Shown here: positions 41,205 through 56,294 of the stretch, one piece after another
Position numbering within the stretch: the first letter of the stretch is position 1
How the letters are laid out: each line of letters begins with the position of its first letter
Source: Octopus sinensis
Taxonomy: Eukaryota
DNA: 64,000 nt
Direction: 5' to 3'
NCBI RefSeq assembly: GCF_006345805.1
Contig: NC_043017.1
Coordinates: 2,480,001 to 2,544,000 of the forward strand
The notes under the pieces: model-generated
What the model was told of the DNA's origin: nothing
Databases searched by the model: none
What the model saw: only the letters and a program-made list of their open reading frames with translations
Program-made: the position numbers and the translations under genes

Positions 41205-41365
41205 AAATCGACCCCAGTGCTCAACAGGTACTTTATTCTATCGATTCCGAAAGGATGAAACGCAAGGGTGACCTCAACAGAATTTGAACTGAGACTATAT
41301 AAAGACACGAAATACAGCTAAGCATTTTGCGCGGTGTGCTAACTTATTCTGCTAGGTCACCGCTT
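41205..41365 (-). mobile_element. SINE family B, diverged
   Basis: Reverse complement of head and body. Confidence 0.6.
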
Positions 41366-41447
41366 TCACAGATTCTATGATTAATTTAATAAGAACATTG
41401 GTTCCCAACTCTTTTATTTAAACGAGTTTTCCCACGAACCCCTTTCA

Positions 41448-41514
<67 letters not shown>

Positions 41515-41938
41515 TACATTATATGTATGTTTTCAGATCTGTGTTCCTCCACCCCAACCCCCTGACAACTTAGTGGTTCGGGAAAATAGATTGATATAAT
41601 AAGTACCAGGCTTAAATTTTAAAAAATAAGTATTGAGGTCAATTCATTCGACTAAAAGTTCTTCAACGTGGTGCCCCACCATGGCCGCAGCCAAGTGAAA
41701 CATTCGGCGAGCAACGCCGTAACGCGAAGGAAAGGTTTTATCACAATCAAATTTTATGGCTTCAATCAAATTTTATGGCTTCAAAACTGCCATCTGTCGA
41801 CTACTTTCAGAATTTAATTGCGTTTTAATTGGTTATAGTTGTTGTCTATCACCCAAATCGGCCTTTATTGAGCTCACCTTTGATCGTTGCGTGGTTTCTG
41901 GTCCTGCTTAGAGCATAACAACCTACTGATCGCATCTA

Positions 41939-42284
41939 CAGGGAGATTCAAAAGTCGCCATACATAGGACCAATTTATCTTTTTATAAGAACAGTTTATA
42001 AGAACAGTTTGTTTGTTTTTTTAATTAGCAGGCTCTAATATGGTCACCATTGTTTTGAATACACAATTCAACACGTTTACCCCACTGATTGTGAACTCTT
42101 AGTAGCACACCTGGTGATACGTGTGCAAATGAGGTGGTGATGTGTTCCTTGAAATGATTTATCTCTTTTATCTTTCCGTCATACACCATGCCCTTCAAAT
42201 GCCCCCAAAGACAAAAATCAAGAGGGGGCAGATCAGGGAATCTAGGGAATATTTCCTATGTATGGAGACTTTTGAATCATCCTG
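41939..42284. mobile_element. Tc1/mariner-type MITE
   Basis: About 30-bp TIRs cagggagattcaaaagtcgccatacatagga / tcctatgtatggagacttttgaatcatcctg, flanked by TA on both sides. Confidence 0.8.
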
Positions 42285-43640
42285 TATATCAGTATATCAA
42301 GGACTATGCATCATCCTGTTATAAAAAATATCCATGTATGATTTCAGAGATATTTAGCTGCTATTTCTAGAATCTTACGCATCCACATAGAGGTTATTGT
42401 TGCGCCCAGCACTTTTTTCACTTGTGAATATAATTATTTCTAACTGCGTTGTTTTCTCATGTGTGTTCGTTGTACTCTGTTTATTACAATTATGGCTCCG
42501 TGTTAGTTGGTCATTAGCTTCATTCTCTTATCTCTGTGCTTTTTAAAGTTCTATCTAACATATTTTGCGGTGTAATTAATAGTTTTCTTTTCAAGATTGC
42601 TGTGTGAATTTCGCTGTGAAATCTGTACATTGTGCGTGACAAAGCAAGGGTTGTTTACATCCCCCACAACACAGTTTGAGTTTATTCATGAATGGAATAT
42701 AGATGAGATGTCAACACCGTAACAATAGCTGGACAGTCTACCTTGTTAGACACTAGATAAACTTATACCACAACAAATCATTCCTCATTAAGTCAAATAT
42801 CAACCACACAACAAAAAGTACACTGGCAACAACACACGAACACACACTCAGACATCCAATTCACAAACATTGGCACGCACGCAGACACACAAATCAAACC
42901 ATGATATCCTCTTTAACTAATGCAAGTCCTTAGCGAGTGTTATAGGCGTAGCTGATTTCACAACGGGGCCCCAACATGATCCCAACACATTCACAAATGA
43001 GTAGAGGAGAGAAAGATTAGTAGTATGCCGAATTATTTCTTAATCCAGTGTTTAAAATGTAACATAGCTAAAGTAACTAAAAGTTCTATATAATTATAAA
43101 GTGAGGATTTAAATCAAGATATTGGCACTCCATAAGTTTCGACAACGAGGATTCTAGCTGATCTGGTCAATGGAACAGCCAGCTCGTGAAATTAACATGC
43201 AAATGGCTGACCACTCCACAGACACGTGGACCCTTAATGTAGTTCTTAGGGAGATTCAGCATGAATCTCCCTGCTCAAAATAAGCATCAAGGATATCCAA
43301 AGGTAATGCAGTACGATCGTTTCATGCAACTCCATTTTATTATTATTGTTAGTAGTAGTAGTGTATATATATATATATATATATATATACATACACACAA
43401 ACACACACACACACATACACACATACATACGTGTTTGTGTATAGCCTAATTGTGTTTATCTGCATTATCATCTCCATAGCAGCGCACTTTGAATTTCTCT
43501 TATAGCAACTCCTGACGCTGTCGACCCCAGTCCTCGATGTAGAATACATTCGAGCACTAGAACATGTTTACTATACTGAGCATATCTAGCTTTCACCTAC
43601 AGTCTGTACACATACATACATACATACAACATACATACAT

Positions 43641-43671
<31 letters not shown>

Positions 43672-44168
43672 TGCCTATCCACATGCGTGTGAGTGCACGT
43701 GTTACATAAACTAGAAGGCCGCTCGGAGGGCAGTGTTTTTCTTCGTAATTTTAATTAACGAACTATATAAAGTGAAGCACAGTTCATGTAACAAACAAAA
43801 TACATTAGTGAATTCATTAAGGTAATTTGATTAATTAGTTCAGTTTACATTTTGAAATTCTAGGTGAGTCACCCGGATATAAATATTGTATTTACGACAA
43901 ATCTTCCCACGGTATCAGGAAACATATAGATACATGGATGATAATGATCTGCTTGTGGGTGTGTGGGAGTGTGCGGTTGTGGATGACTGTCAGTGTGTGT
44001 AGAAGTGTGTGAGAGTGTGTGTGTGTATGTGATTGTGTCTATGTGAATGTGTTGTGTGTGAGAGATTTGCCGTGGGATTGGTTATGTGTCTTTGTATGAA
44101 AATTGCCTTTTTTTTTTGCAATTTTGTGTGTGAGAATGCTTAAATAAACAACTTCCATTGAAACGCTG

Positions 44169-44240
<72 letters not shown>

Positions 44241-44242
44241 TG

Positions 44243-44640
44243 AGACGGTGAGCTGGCAGAATCATTAGCAGGCCGGGTGAAATGCTTAGCGGTATTTCGT
44301 CTGCCGCTACGTTCTGAGTTCAAATTCCGCCGAAGTCGACTTTGCCTTTAATCCTTTCGGGGTCGATAAATAAAGTACCAGTGACGCACTTGGGTCGATG
44401 TACTCGACTTAATCCGTTTGTCTGTCCTTGTTTGTCCTCTCCATGTTTATCCCCTTGCGGCTAAAAAAGAAATAGGCATTTCGCCCGTCGCTCCGTTCTG
44501 AGTTCAAATTCCACTGTGGCCAACTTTGCTTTTCTTCATTCAGGATCGGTTAATTAAGTATAATTTGAACGGTGGGGTCGATGTAATCGATTCATCCCCT
44601 CCCCGAAAATTGCTGCCCTTGTGACAAAATTTGAAACCTT
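44243..44640 (+). mobile_element. SINE family B tandem dimer
   Basis: Two B-box/body units in tandem. Confidence 0.8.
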
Positions 44641-44714
44641 TATTATCATTATGCGATTTCATTATAACTATGTTTTGTTAAAATTTGGTGTTATGTATAT
44701 ATATATATATTTGT

Positions 44715-44923
44715 TTATCTTTTACTAGTTTCAGTCATAAGACTGCGGCTATGCTGGGGCCCCGCTCTTACAGAACTTTTGGCCGAATGTAAAGACCCCC
44801 AGTACATATTGAATTTTTTTTTTTTAAACCTGGTACTTATTAATCGATGTCTTTTGCCGAACCTCTAGCTATGGCGATGTAAATACACTACCTGAAGTGG
44901 AAAAAAGGCACGCACATACTCTC

Positions 44924-44963
<40 letters not shown>

Positions 44964-45120
44964 CACATCCACACACACACCACAGGCACAATGGGCGTCT
45001 TTCAGCTTCCGTCAGCCAAATCCACTCACAAGGTTTTCAACGGCCCAAGATGCCAGGCAGTGAGACTGAACTCGGAACGATGTGGTTGGATATCAAGCTT
45101 CATAACAGTCACGCTGCGCT
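44715..45120 (-). mobile_element. SINE family A, diverged
   Basis: Head, body and tail recognisable. Confidence 0.65.
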
Positions 45121-45292
45121 TATATTTACATATATGTTGTTGTAGTAGTAGTAGTAGTGGTAATAATAGTAACCGGCAGGACTAACAGAGTGGCTTAAGG
45201 GCCAAGAGTTTCGTGCACCGACATTTATCCGAGGGTTTCATTGCTACTGCATGAAACACTCGGGCCTTGAGTCACTTTGTCACTATGCCCAT

Positions 45293-45361
<69 letters not shown>

Positions 45362-45871
45362 TAGATACTCATGTTTCGAGTTTTCCTGCATGTATCACTA
45401 CCCGCCTCTGTGTGTGTGTGTGTGTGTCTGTGTGTCTGTGTGTGTGTGTGTGTGTTTATATATATTATATATATCATAAATATACACATATGTGCATTAT
45501 ATGTGTTTTTATGCATGCATATGGTATATATATATATATGTATGTATGTATGTATATATCTGCGCATTATGTATATTCAATGTCTTTATCCTTCCTTGCG
45601 TTTTCATGTAACTTTATCCATCATATCACTTTTTAACCAATGTAAATGATTTTTTAAGTATATAAATGAAACGTAGCAGGGGGCAATATTATTAATATCA
45701 TCATCATCATCATCAGTAGTAGTAGTAATAGCATCATCATCATCATCATTAGTTTATGGAAAAACTATTTAATTTACATCACAGAAAAGCAGGGAGTCTG
45801 CATTTGTGTTTATCAATGCATTATATAGCTTTAATATTAAGTAGAGAATGTAAACAGTGCCCCGTGTCGAA

Positions 45872-45920
<49 letters not shown>

Positions 45921-46062
45921 AAATAAATATATATGTATGTAGGGGGAGAGGGAGGGAGGGTTATGTTGGTAGATATAGACATATGACGATGGAACGTTAA
46001 CAGCCAAATATTAAAGTAGAGATATTTAAATATTTCTAATTAAATAGATAGATGACGCATAT

Positions 46063-46122
<60 letters not shown>

Positions 46123-46599
46123 ATATATATAAGTATGTATGCGTGTACACACACACACATACACACAGATTTATGACTAAGGTGTTTGTACAAGTTTGGG
46201 GTTTTAAGTTACAATTGGGATCCCGTTTAATGACCCTTAATATGAAAAAGTGTTCCTCAAGTTCTTTTGCTCTGTAACTCCCTTTCTAGCCATAATCCCA
46301 ACAGCAAACTCACAGTTATTTCTACACTATGAAAAAGAGTTATCTCTTAGTAATAAGTAAAATATTTAGTTTTTTTTTTCCGACCATTTCTCGCGGCTGA
46401 TTAGCAAAAGGTGTAACAACGAGAAGGACTTTTGTAGAGAGGTCACCAAACCACATGGCATGAGAAGCGGAACACAGATCTTGGTTTATGCTCAGACCCT
46501 GAACATCGAGTTCAAAGATTTCATTCAAAGCGAAAATGTATGAATACATATCTCTACTTTTGTTTTAATCTGTTTTTTTCTTTTTGTATGTGTGTTTAA

Positions 46600-46733
46600 A
46601 AGCTCCCATTGCAGTCACGTGAATTGAGGTTCAGTACTACTGTGTGGCACCTTGGGCAAATGCCGTCTACTGTAGCCTCGGGCCGACAAAAATCTAATGA
46701 GTGGATTTGGTTGACAGTAACTGTGTGGAAGTA

Positions 46734-46768
<35 letters not shown>

Positions 46769-47280
46769 GGCTGTGCGTGTGTTTTTGTGTCTGTGTGTCC
46801 TTTATCGCAACGCTTTGCAACGGATGCAGTTTTGTTTGCAACCCCGTAACCTAGCGGTTCTGAGAGGAAAGAAACCAACAGAATATATACCGGACTAAAT
46901 AAAATAAGTACCGGCCAATTTGAGCATTTAAAACCCTTGAAGGCAGTGCCCTAGTATGGTCGCAGTCCAATGAGGGGAAAAAAAGTAAAAGAAACAAAGG
47001 AAATGCATGGCCAGGGGAACCGCGATGTTGACTCTCATAAATGTAGCACAAAATGGGTTGCAAACATCGATTAATTGAGATCAACGATGTAATTACTGGA
47101 AATCCCTACCATATAGGTGCAGGAGTGGTTGTGTGGTAAGTAGATTGCTTACCAACCACACGGTTCCGGGTTCAGTCCCACTGCCTGGCACCTTGGGCAA
47201 GTGTCTTCTACTATAGCCTTGGGCTGACCAAAGCCTTGTGAGTGGATTTGTTAGGCGGAAACTGAAAGAAACCCGTCGTG
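46600..47280 (+). mobile_element. Two SINE family A copies (46600-46990 diverged; 47116-47280 5' half)
   Basis: Both match the head/body consensus. Confidence 0.7.
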
Positions 47281-47809
47281 TGTGTATATATATATATATG
47301 TGTGTGTGTGGTGTGTGTGTGTGTGTGGTTGGGAGGGAGGGAGCATGTGGTTGGGAGGCAACCACACAGTCATGCTTTTTCTCCCCCTTTTTTAAAAATA
47401 ATTTAATTCGTTGATATTATTGGAGTTGTCTCCCTTGAATGCCGTTTTTTACATTTTAAAAAACTACACATACAATGCCTGGAGATTTTTCCTACTCGTA
47501 TCATAAATAGTCTTACTTCATCGAAGTTTTTTCCCCTTACTCTGTTGCATATGTTACACGATACCGTATCTGTGTGTTTGTTGCACGCCCAATACGCTCT
47601 ATACATTCCGCTAAATTGTTAGATAAACTATGCCACAGAGGCGGGAAAAAAGAAAAACTTCGATGAGATCAGAATGATGAGACACCTTGGATCGTAGCTG
47701 TGGTCGCAAAAGTTTGACCTGGGGCTAAGAATCAACCGCCAAAACAACCATGGATTTGAGTGCGGTGAGAAAATAGGATTTAGGGTCCTATATCGATTCT
47801 GTACTTACT

Positions 47810-48036
47810 ACTAGGGGTGCTGAAAAGTTCCCGGTTTAGGGTAAAAGAAAATGCAGGCGGATCAGTTAATAATGATTTTTGATTTTATTTAACGTATTCC
47901 CCTCTCAGATTCACTCGTTTATCGCAGCGGTCCTTCAGTTTTTCTTAGCCTTATAAAAAACTTGGAAGGATGGGCTTCCACCCACGCATTTCACGACAGC
48001 CTTGAAGCCAGGAACTTTTCAGCATCCGCCCCTCAT
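47810..48036. mobile_element. Mariner-derived MITE
   Basis: TIRs ggtgctgaaaagttcccggttt / aagccaggaacttttcagcatcc with TA flanks. Confidence 0.75.
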
Positions 48037-49337
48037 AGGCTTTGGTCGACCCAGGGCTACAGTACACCAAGGCATCTTACAGTAGGACTAAACCTCAAAC
48101 CACGTGGTTGCAAAAGTGGCTTCTTATCGATCCAGCGTAGACCCCAGGTTAATCCTGATCAAAGCAAACCAATAAATCCCCAAGCCATTCAAACCGTGAC
48201 CATCCTGTCTCTCCGGAGTTGTTATATTTTGGTGAACGTCTTTTAATATATCTTTGATTATATCTCACAAAATCGGAGAAATATGGTTCGGTTTGCGACG
48301 AAGTCTTAGCTACGATTTCTAGTAGGCATTCCGAGCTCATGGAGGGTCCGTGGCATGTGTGTGTGTGTGTGTGTGATGTAAAACGTTGCAGCAGCGAGCG
48401 TAAACACTCGTAAGCGATGCAATGTTAACTGTTGATGAATCAACGGCTGCCGCGCATGTTTGTTCTTTGACAAGTCACTCAACCACGCACGCCCGCACGC
48501 ACACGCGCATACACATTCATACGGACACACAGACACAGAGCAGCAGTGGCATAGAGTAGTGGTGGTAGAGAGAGAGAGAGAGAGGGAGGGAGTGTGTGTG
48601 TTTGTGTGTAGAGGTTAGCATGCAATCACAATTGTGCACATACTCCTATGTGCGCGCGCACACGTACACACGAAAATATCACATGGATGTCAACGACAAC
48701 GACTTTGCGTGTGATATGGCGGCGGCAGTAGTAGTGGTGGTGGTGGTGGTGGTGATGATGATTTGGGTGGTTGTGGTGGGGGTGTTGATTGGTAATCATC
48801 CGTGTGGGGACATGGTGGTGGTGGTGATGATGATGGTGGTACTGGTACCGGTGGTGGTAGTTTGTGGTGGCGATGGTCGTGCTGGTGTTGATCGGTGATC
48901 GTTCGGGAGGGTGTGCTGGTGGCGGTAAAAGTGACGGTTCGTGTGGTGTTGGCAGGGTGGTCGTAGCCTTCTGATCAAAGGCGTTCAAACCATGAGCTCT
49001 TCGTCTGTTTGTATTAATATATCCGTGATTTTCTTGACCAAGGTATCCATTTTATGTCTTTCAAGACGAGTGTAATTCGAAGGAGATTTTGGCTGTTATT
49101 TTCAGCACCACGTAGAGCTCTTCTCGTAAGTTCGTATTGTTACTATCGTTGTTAGGAGATCCCAGGTCAGCTCTAATCATCTTCGAGCTGCTTCATGAGG
49201 TGCATGTGCATTTTCTATGTAATACACTGCCTCCGCCTAAGCGGGGCTGAAATGCGTGTACGTGAGTGCCAGAGTAAGGCCAGGATTTTTGAGGATCACA
49301 ACTGAAGGGCTTCCAGATACTAAGACAAAACGAATTA

Positions 49338-49885
49338 AGGCGGTGAGCTGGCAGAAAGGTTAGCGCGCCGGGCAAAATCCTTAGCGATATTTCGTACGTC
49401 TCTACGTTCTGAGTTCAAATTTCGCTGATGTCGTCTAAACCTTTCATCCTTTCGGGGTTGGTAAATTAATTACCAGTAAAGGACTGGGGTTGATGTAATC
49501 GACTCGTCCGCTCTCTCAATGTTTCAGGCCTTGTATTTTGACTGCCGTTACGTAATGAGTTCAAATTCCGCCGAGGTCAACTTTGCCTTTCATCCTTTCG
49601 GGGTCGATTAAATAAGTACCAGTTACGCACTGGGTTCGATATAATCGACTTAATCCGTTTGTCTGTCCTTGTTTGTCCTCTCTGTGTTTAGCCCCTTGTG
49701 GGTAGTAAAGAAATAGGTATTTCGTCTGTCTTTACTTTCTAAGTTCAAATTCCGCCGAGGTCGACTTTGCCTTTCATCCTTTCGGGGTCGATAAATTGAG
49801 TACCAGTTGCATATTGGGGTGGATCTAATCGACTGGTCCCTTCCCCCAAAATTCCGGGTCTTGTGCCAAGAGCAGAAAAGAAAAT
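49338..49885 (+). mobile_element. SINE family B tandem trimer
   Basis: Three B-box/body units in tandem. Confidence 0.8.
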
Positions 49886-49924
49886 GCTTCAGGCCTTGTA
49901 CTTTATTCTAAATACGCTTACTTC

Positions 49925-51060
49925 CTATTGCCTGAATGCAGGCGGCAGTGAGACATCGTATAGTTTCCCCGCTGGCCTGCCTCTGTTGCACAACCGCTAC
50001 CACTGTTGGCCTCATATGTCTCAGACTGCTACGATCCTCTTTTAACCAAGTCTGTCAGCTCTTAATATTAAAGACGGTGTTGAAAGCTTTTAGTAAAGCT
50101 TTGAGTGTGTCTTCGTAGCATTTCTTTCTGGCCTCATCAGGAGCGTTTACTTGGCTGGAACTTGCTATGGAGCAGTTCCTCTGAGAGCCGGTGGTCAGTC
50201 ATGCAAACTAAGGGACTTGCACAGAGCAGCTCTTGTCTGCATCAGGATCTTGTGGATGCTGAGCAATTCTGTACGAGAATGCAACTGTGCATCATGAATC
50301 AATTCTGCCATGGATCAATCAATGCTACGAAATAATTCTGAGCCGAATGGTATGGAAGTGGTTCAGCTTCCTTGAATATCTTTGACAGACACTTCACGTT
50401 CTCACATCGACAAAGAGCATGGTACACCTTGATATTGGTCTCTCCTTTAATCCACATTCCTATAGAGTCTGCCGAATAATGCGGTTCTGGCCTTTGAGAG
50501 TCTAGCATTTACTTCACCATTAATAACAACAGTTTAGAAGATTATGCTGCTTCAATGGGTGAACCTGTCCACGACATTTAACCGTTAACCATTGATGAAG
50601 ATATTAGGTTCAACATTTGGTTTTCCTGAAATTCGCTGTTGGGTCACTTTGGTCTTTTTTGATCGTCAGGCTAAAGATTATTACAGGCGCCGGAGAACTG
50701 TTCAATACAGTTTTGCATGTCAGCCTCTGGGGTGACGCTGAGGTAACAATCTTCGGCAAACAGGAGGCGGTGGTTGTCTACCGAAACGTTGATCCTGCTT
50801 GAAGCCTCCTGAGGTTCTATACTGAGTCATCGGTGCATTATCTAATACCAATGCAACTATCGAAGGTGTCTGCCAGCATGAGGTTGACCAGGTTGGAAGC
50901 AAAGACACAATCCGAGGAGCCTCAAGGAGGTCAGTGGCTGTGCTGTAGAATGTCGCAGGATGTGGGTCCACAGTGATGCCAGAGATCCATATTATCCAAC
51001 GAAATGGACTCCAGGAGATCTTTAAGGAAGTGAAGAAGGTTCTACACCGGCAGATTTCTC
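49925..51060 (-). mobile_element. Decayed RTE-clade LINE, 3' part of ORF2
   Basis: Frameshifted peptides resembling NARLSKARTALFGRL, TNIKVYHAL, KLNHFH, LSIHKILMQ, MTDHRLSEELLHSK and KKCYEDTLKA, the typical RTE post-RT order. Confidence 0.75.
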
Positions 51061-51184
51061 ACATTCATATGTGATGGTGCTTTGAATTCTTGTGTACGTG
51101 TTTTGGGTTGGACAGGAAGTATGAATCTGGAGACTATTATAAATGTAGACAGATAGATAGATAGAAAGATATATATATATATAT

Positions 51185-51216
<32 letters not shown>

Positions 51217-52353
51217 ATATATATCGGAAGGTTTGGAGATGATGTACAGGTATTATATATTAGAAAAATTGAGGTAATCAGATCAGATGGTTCATATTTG
51301 TAGATATTTATTTATATATTACATTTTTTACATATATATCATATCATTCGGATATATATATATATATATACATACAGTGATAGAGAAGAGGAAGAGATAG
51401 AAATAGAGTGAGAGAGATAAATATATATACAAATTATACAAATTTATATGCATATGTATAGACTATCATATATATAAATACATTCCACACACACACACAA
51501 ACAAACACACACACACACATTATATATTATTTATCACTTTGAAGACTAGAATTTGTTTAATCTTAATTCAAAATTTCATTTTTCCGAATATTTGAGAATA
51601 TATAAACTCTTCCGTTGTGAATTCAATACTTTTTGCCCACTTACGCAAGTATATAAGTATGTAAAAATGATTTTTACATATGCATGTGGGACTGTGGGGT
51701 TGGGATGGGTTGTATATATGTATGGAAAATAGGTGGGAGTTCACGTAAAGCAGGTGAGAAGAAATCTATTTAGTGATGGATTAGTTATCAGATTAGAAAT
51801 TTTCAATAAAAGTGCTCACCTGGAAGGAACAAACAATTATATCCACCATGAGGGTAAGATCTTTGAGGGAAACAGGAAATATAAAAGATAGTGTATGTGG
51901 AATTATGCAAGTAAGTGCACGCACACTCACACAAAATAGAAGATGAACAAACAGTTATATATGGCATCAAGTCTTTTACAACTCTGTTACACACACACAC
52001 ACACATATATATGATGAGAAAATGTGAGTCCTTGCTAAGTCTTTACAGTTGTTTCAAAACTTCGGTGACTATTCGATGAAATAAGATACATTTAGCAAAC
52101 TGGTGTACATAATGATGCAAAAATACAGAACCAAAAGGCAAAAATTCATATCAACACATAAGAATCCGTAAATCAATTTATATGAGACGCGTTTCATACG
52201 GAAAGTTTTCATCAGAGAGAACGAAAATATAGATTTGTTTGTTCCGATGAAAAGGTTCGGTGATGTGATGCAACACCGATACAAATACAAATATATATCT
52301 TTTATGGATAATAGATTGACAGTTAGATAGATATACAGATAGATAGATCGAAG

Positions 52354-52389
<36 letters not shown>

Positions 52390-52440
52390 ATAGACAGAGA
52401 TAGATAGATAGATAGATAGATCAAAGACAGACAGACAGAC

Positions 52441-52588
<148 letters not shown>

Positions 52589-53030
52589 TGATAGATAGAT
52601 AATGTGGGTTTTCAAATGATGAAAATACTTTACATAGTTGTAAACAACTCCCATAACTAGTCAACCTATGTTTATGAGTGCGTGCGTATAAAATTGTGTC
52701 CGCATGAAAGAAATAGAGAGAAGATGGAGACAGAGGGGGGGGGGCTTTGTATTCGTTTGGACAGAGGGTGACTTTGTGCACATTATTTCGAAATGCTGTA
52801 ATTGAGAAATCGTAAATTATAATTTCTAAACTTAAGTTCATAGAAAAACAGGTAAGATTAGCTGTGTGTACGCATAATTACTCAGGTATGAATATTCAAT
52901 GACAGGACACGGGAAAAACTAGTGTCATATCGTAGCAGCTGTACAGGTATAGGAATACGGGAGGTGAAAGGTGAGGAAAATCTGGGAATATGTAGGTGTG
53001 TACCAATTATACAGGTATGTGTATGAACGT

Positions 53031-53325
53031 GGAGGCGCAATGGCCCAGTGGTTAGGGCAGCGGACTCGCGGTCGGAGGATTTTCGATTCCCAGACCAGGC
53101 GGTGTGTGTTTATTGAGCGAAAACACCTAGTGCTCCACGAGGCTCCGGCAAGGGGTGGTGGCGAGCCCTGTTGTACTCTTTCGCCCCAACTATCTCTCAC
53201 TCTTTCTTCCTGTTTCTTGAGTAACGCTGCGATGGACTGGCCTCCCGTCCAGCTGGGGGGAACACATACGCCATAGAAACCGGGAAACCGGGCCCATGAG
53301 CCTGGCTAGGCTTGAAAAGGGCGCA
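53031..53325 (+). mobile_element. SINE family C, tail type 1
   Basis: Near-identical to 3135-3446. Confidence 0.85.
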
Positions 53326-53589
53326 TAAATAGATAAATCATTGTATATGAACATGTATGTGTGTCCTTGTATAAATATATATTTGTATATGGGTGTGTAG
53401 ATATAGTTCCATGCACATATAGACACCCATACTCACAAAGAGGTAGTTATAGACAACCATATAGATATAGAAATTGATACATACAAGGACACGTTCATAC
53501 AAGCATACATACATAGACAGAGACACAGCGTACGCACACAGATGACATGGTTCCGTACAGTTTCCGTTAGTCAATTTCACAAATAGGCC

Positions 53590-54090
53590 ATTGATCGGCC
53601 TGGGGCTATCGATGGCTAATATTCCACGCTGTGAGACCATTAGGCATCAATAGCCTCATTTGGAACAATGGCCTGTCTAATGCCCCACGACGTAGGACTA
53701 ATTTCGAAGCTACATAGTTTGGAAAGACTGCATAGAAACGTCCTTGCCTTTGTGAATCCATCTCGATGGCTGAGCCATCGACATGGACTCACAGAGGTCG
53801 ATTTAAGATAACACAACAATGACAAAAAAAACTGAGTCATCGTAGGAGATACTATATGGTCATTCGATCTGCTAAAAACTGCAGGAAAATATTATTCAAC
53901 TGCCTCGCTCCATAACATCTTCAAGAAAGGAAGGGCATAGTGGATATTGTAAGTTCTGGCTACGGAAAAGCATAGGATGGACACAGTAATACGGACTTTT
54001 GACCAGATGTCTGCTCGGTAACGACTGATCCGTTGCTGTCCTTTAGACCACAAAAAAAAGTGGCCAAGAAACCGCTTCAACATGGTGGAT
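53590..54090 (-). mobile_element. Decayed LINE ORF2 fragment (linker and start of RT)
   Basis: GLKDSNGSVVTEQ linker-like motif and a KGKDVS...FQT motif reminiscent of RT domains 1-2; heavily disrupted. Confidence 0.35.
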
Positions 54091-54489
54091 TGATTTGCGA
54101 GAAATCTTACTAGACATTTATTGCAGCCCTATCCTTCCAACTTAAAGGAACTTGACACATTCGATAGTGTAGTCTTAGATACACTGTATCAATTGTGATT
54201 ATAACTTTTTTTAAACATGACTGAACTCGGTCTCTTTACTACAAACAAATAATACCACCACGGGTTAGAGCGATAGCTAAAGTGTATGCGCGCGTGTGCG
54301 TATGTGTGTGTTATACACACAGGAAATATACGTATAAAGCGTTACATGTGCATGTATATAAATTATAAATTCGTGTGTATACACACACAGACGTGTAAAT
54401 ACACGTAATATATATAGTAAACACGAATTCATGAATATACATCAAAGCAGGTGCAATATACGTGTCTATATATAAAGTGTAAACATTAT

Positions 54490-54511
54490 GTATTGAATGT
54501 GTATGCGTGTG

Positions 54512-54542
<31 letters not shown>

Positions 54543-55420
54543 ATGTACGTATATATATATGTATATATATGTACGTATATATATATATGTATATATGTGT
54601 ACGTATATATATATGTATATATATGTACGTATATATATATATTTATATATATGTACGTATATATATATGTATATATGTGTACGTATATATATATATTTAT
54701 ATATGTGTACGTATATATATATATTTATATATGTGTACGTATATATATATATTTATATATGTGTACGTATATATATATATTTATATATGTGTACGTATAT
54801 ATATATATTTATATATGTGTACGTATATATATATATTTATATATGTGTACGTATATATATATTTATATATGTACGTATATATATATGTATATATATGTAC
54901 GTATATATATATGTATATATGTGTACGTATATATATATGTATATATGTGTACGTATATATATATGTATATATGTGTACGTATATATATATGTATATATAT
55001 GTACGTATATATATATGTATATATATGTACGTATATATATATGTATATATATGTACGTATATATATATGTATATATGTGTACGTATATATATATGTATAT
55101 ATGTGTACGTATATATATATGTATATATATGTACGTATATATATATGTATATATATGTACGTATATATATATGTATATATGTGTACGTATATATATATGT
55201 ATATATGTGTACGTAAATATATATGTATATATGTGTACGTATATATATATGTATATATATGTACGTATATATATATGTATATATATGTACGTATATATAT
55301 ATGTATATATATGTACGTATATATATATATGTATATATGTGTACGTATATATATATGTATATATGTGTACGTATATATATATATGTATATATATGTACGC
55401 ATATATATGTATGTATGTAT
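54490..55420. repeat. 24-26 bp minisatellite (tatatatatatgtatatatgtgtacg)n
   Basis: About 35 near-perfect units; source of the six long Y/I/M/C/V ORFs. Confidence 0.95.
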
Positions 55421-56294
55421 GTATACACATGCACACCCATCCATTGTATACATTTGAAATATGTAAACAGTAAACACATGTAATGTATATGCGTATAAAT
55501 CATACTGAAAGGTAATGTGTGTATATATATCTAAATTACAAACACACTAAATGTCTATATATAAATCAGAAATGCACGTAACGTGTGTGCATATAAATCA
55601 AACACATAATATATGCGTATATAACATCAAGGACGTGTGTATAATGTATACGTAATTTCTCACTGACGCACCGAATGTCAGCGTGTGTATATATAAATCA
55701 TAAACGCACGCTGTCTGAATATATACATAAATCATAAGTGAGAGACGCACGTGCAGTGTGTGTATATGAATGGTACACACAGCCGACCACGCGCAATAAA
55801 TCATACATACATACATACATACACACAGCCTACACTTAGTGAGTGTTTATAAACCGTAGATGCACACAGAGGCACAATATGGGTGTGTACTATACAAACA
55901 TACATGCAGCAGATTGCGTAATAAATTACACAGACGCAGTCACACGTAAAACGTGTGTGCATGTATGTATATATATGTATGTATGTGTGCAATTCATACG
56001 TTCACAGACAGATACACGTTAGCGAAGGTCTGGACAGCCAGTGTGTGTGTTTACTGTAACGGAATAAAACTTCAGAAGTGTGTTTGGTATTCCTGATCAT
56101 GAACTTAAATATAGATATGTGGCGAATCTACTAAGACCACCGCGGCCGCTGCCACCGCAGTACCACTACCGGTACCTTGACCCTCGCCAGTGCCATCAAC
56201 GTAAACAACACCTTCACAATCAACACGAGTCACACGCGCGTTCTCATGTGTATTGCTTGAATTTGTACCTGTTTACATATTACATATATGCACA

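Noticed and set aside
48626-48988. His/Pro/Thr-rich 120-aa ORF
   Set aside because: Derived from GGT/GAT triplet repeats; no domain or splice support. The same applies to 9408-9623, 14677-15201 and 20171-20386.
53031-53105. SINE heads as functional tRNA genes
   Set aside because: A and B boxes are present, but they lack a closed acceptor stem and continue into SINE bodies.
54451-55503. Six long ORFs of 199-340 aa
   Set aside because: Translations of a TA-rich minisatellite lacking stop codons; the same applies to the ORFs at 55-369, 3691-4284, 14981-15681, 39602-40141 and 52323-52841.
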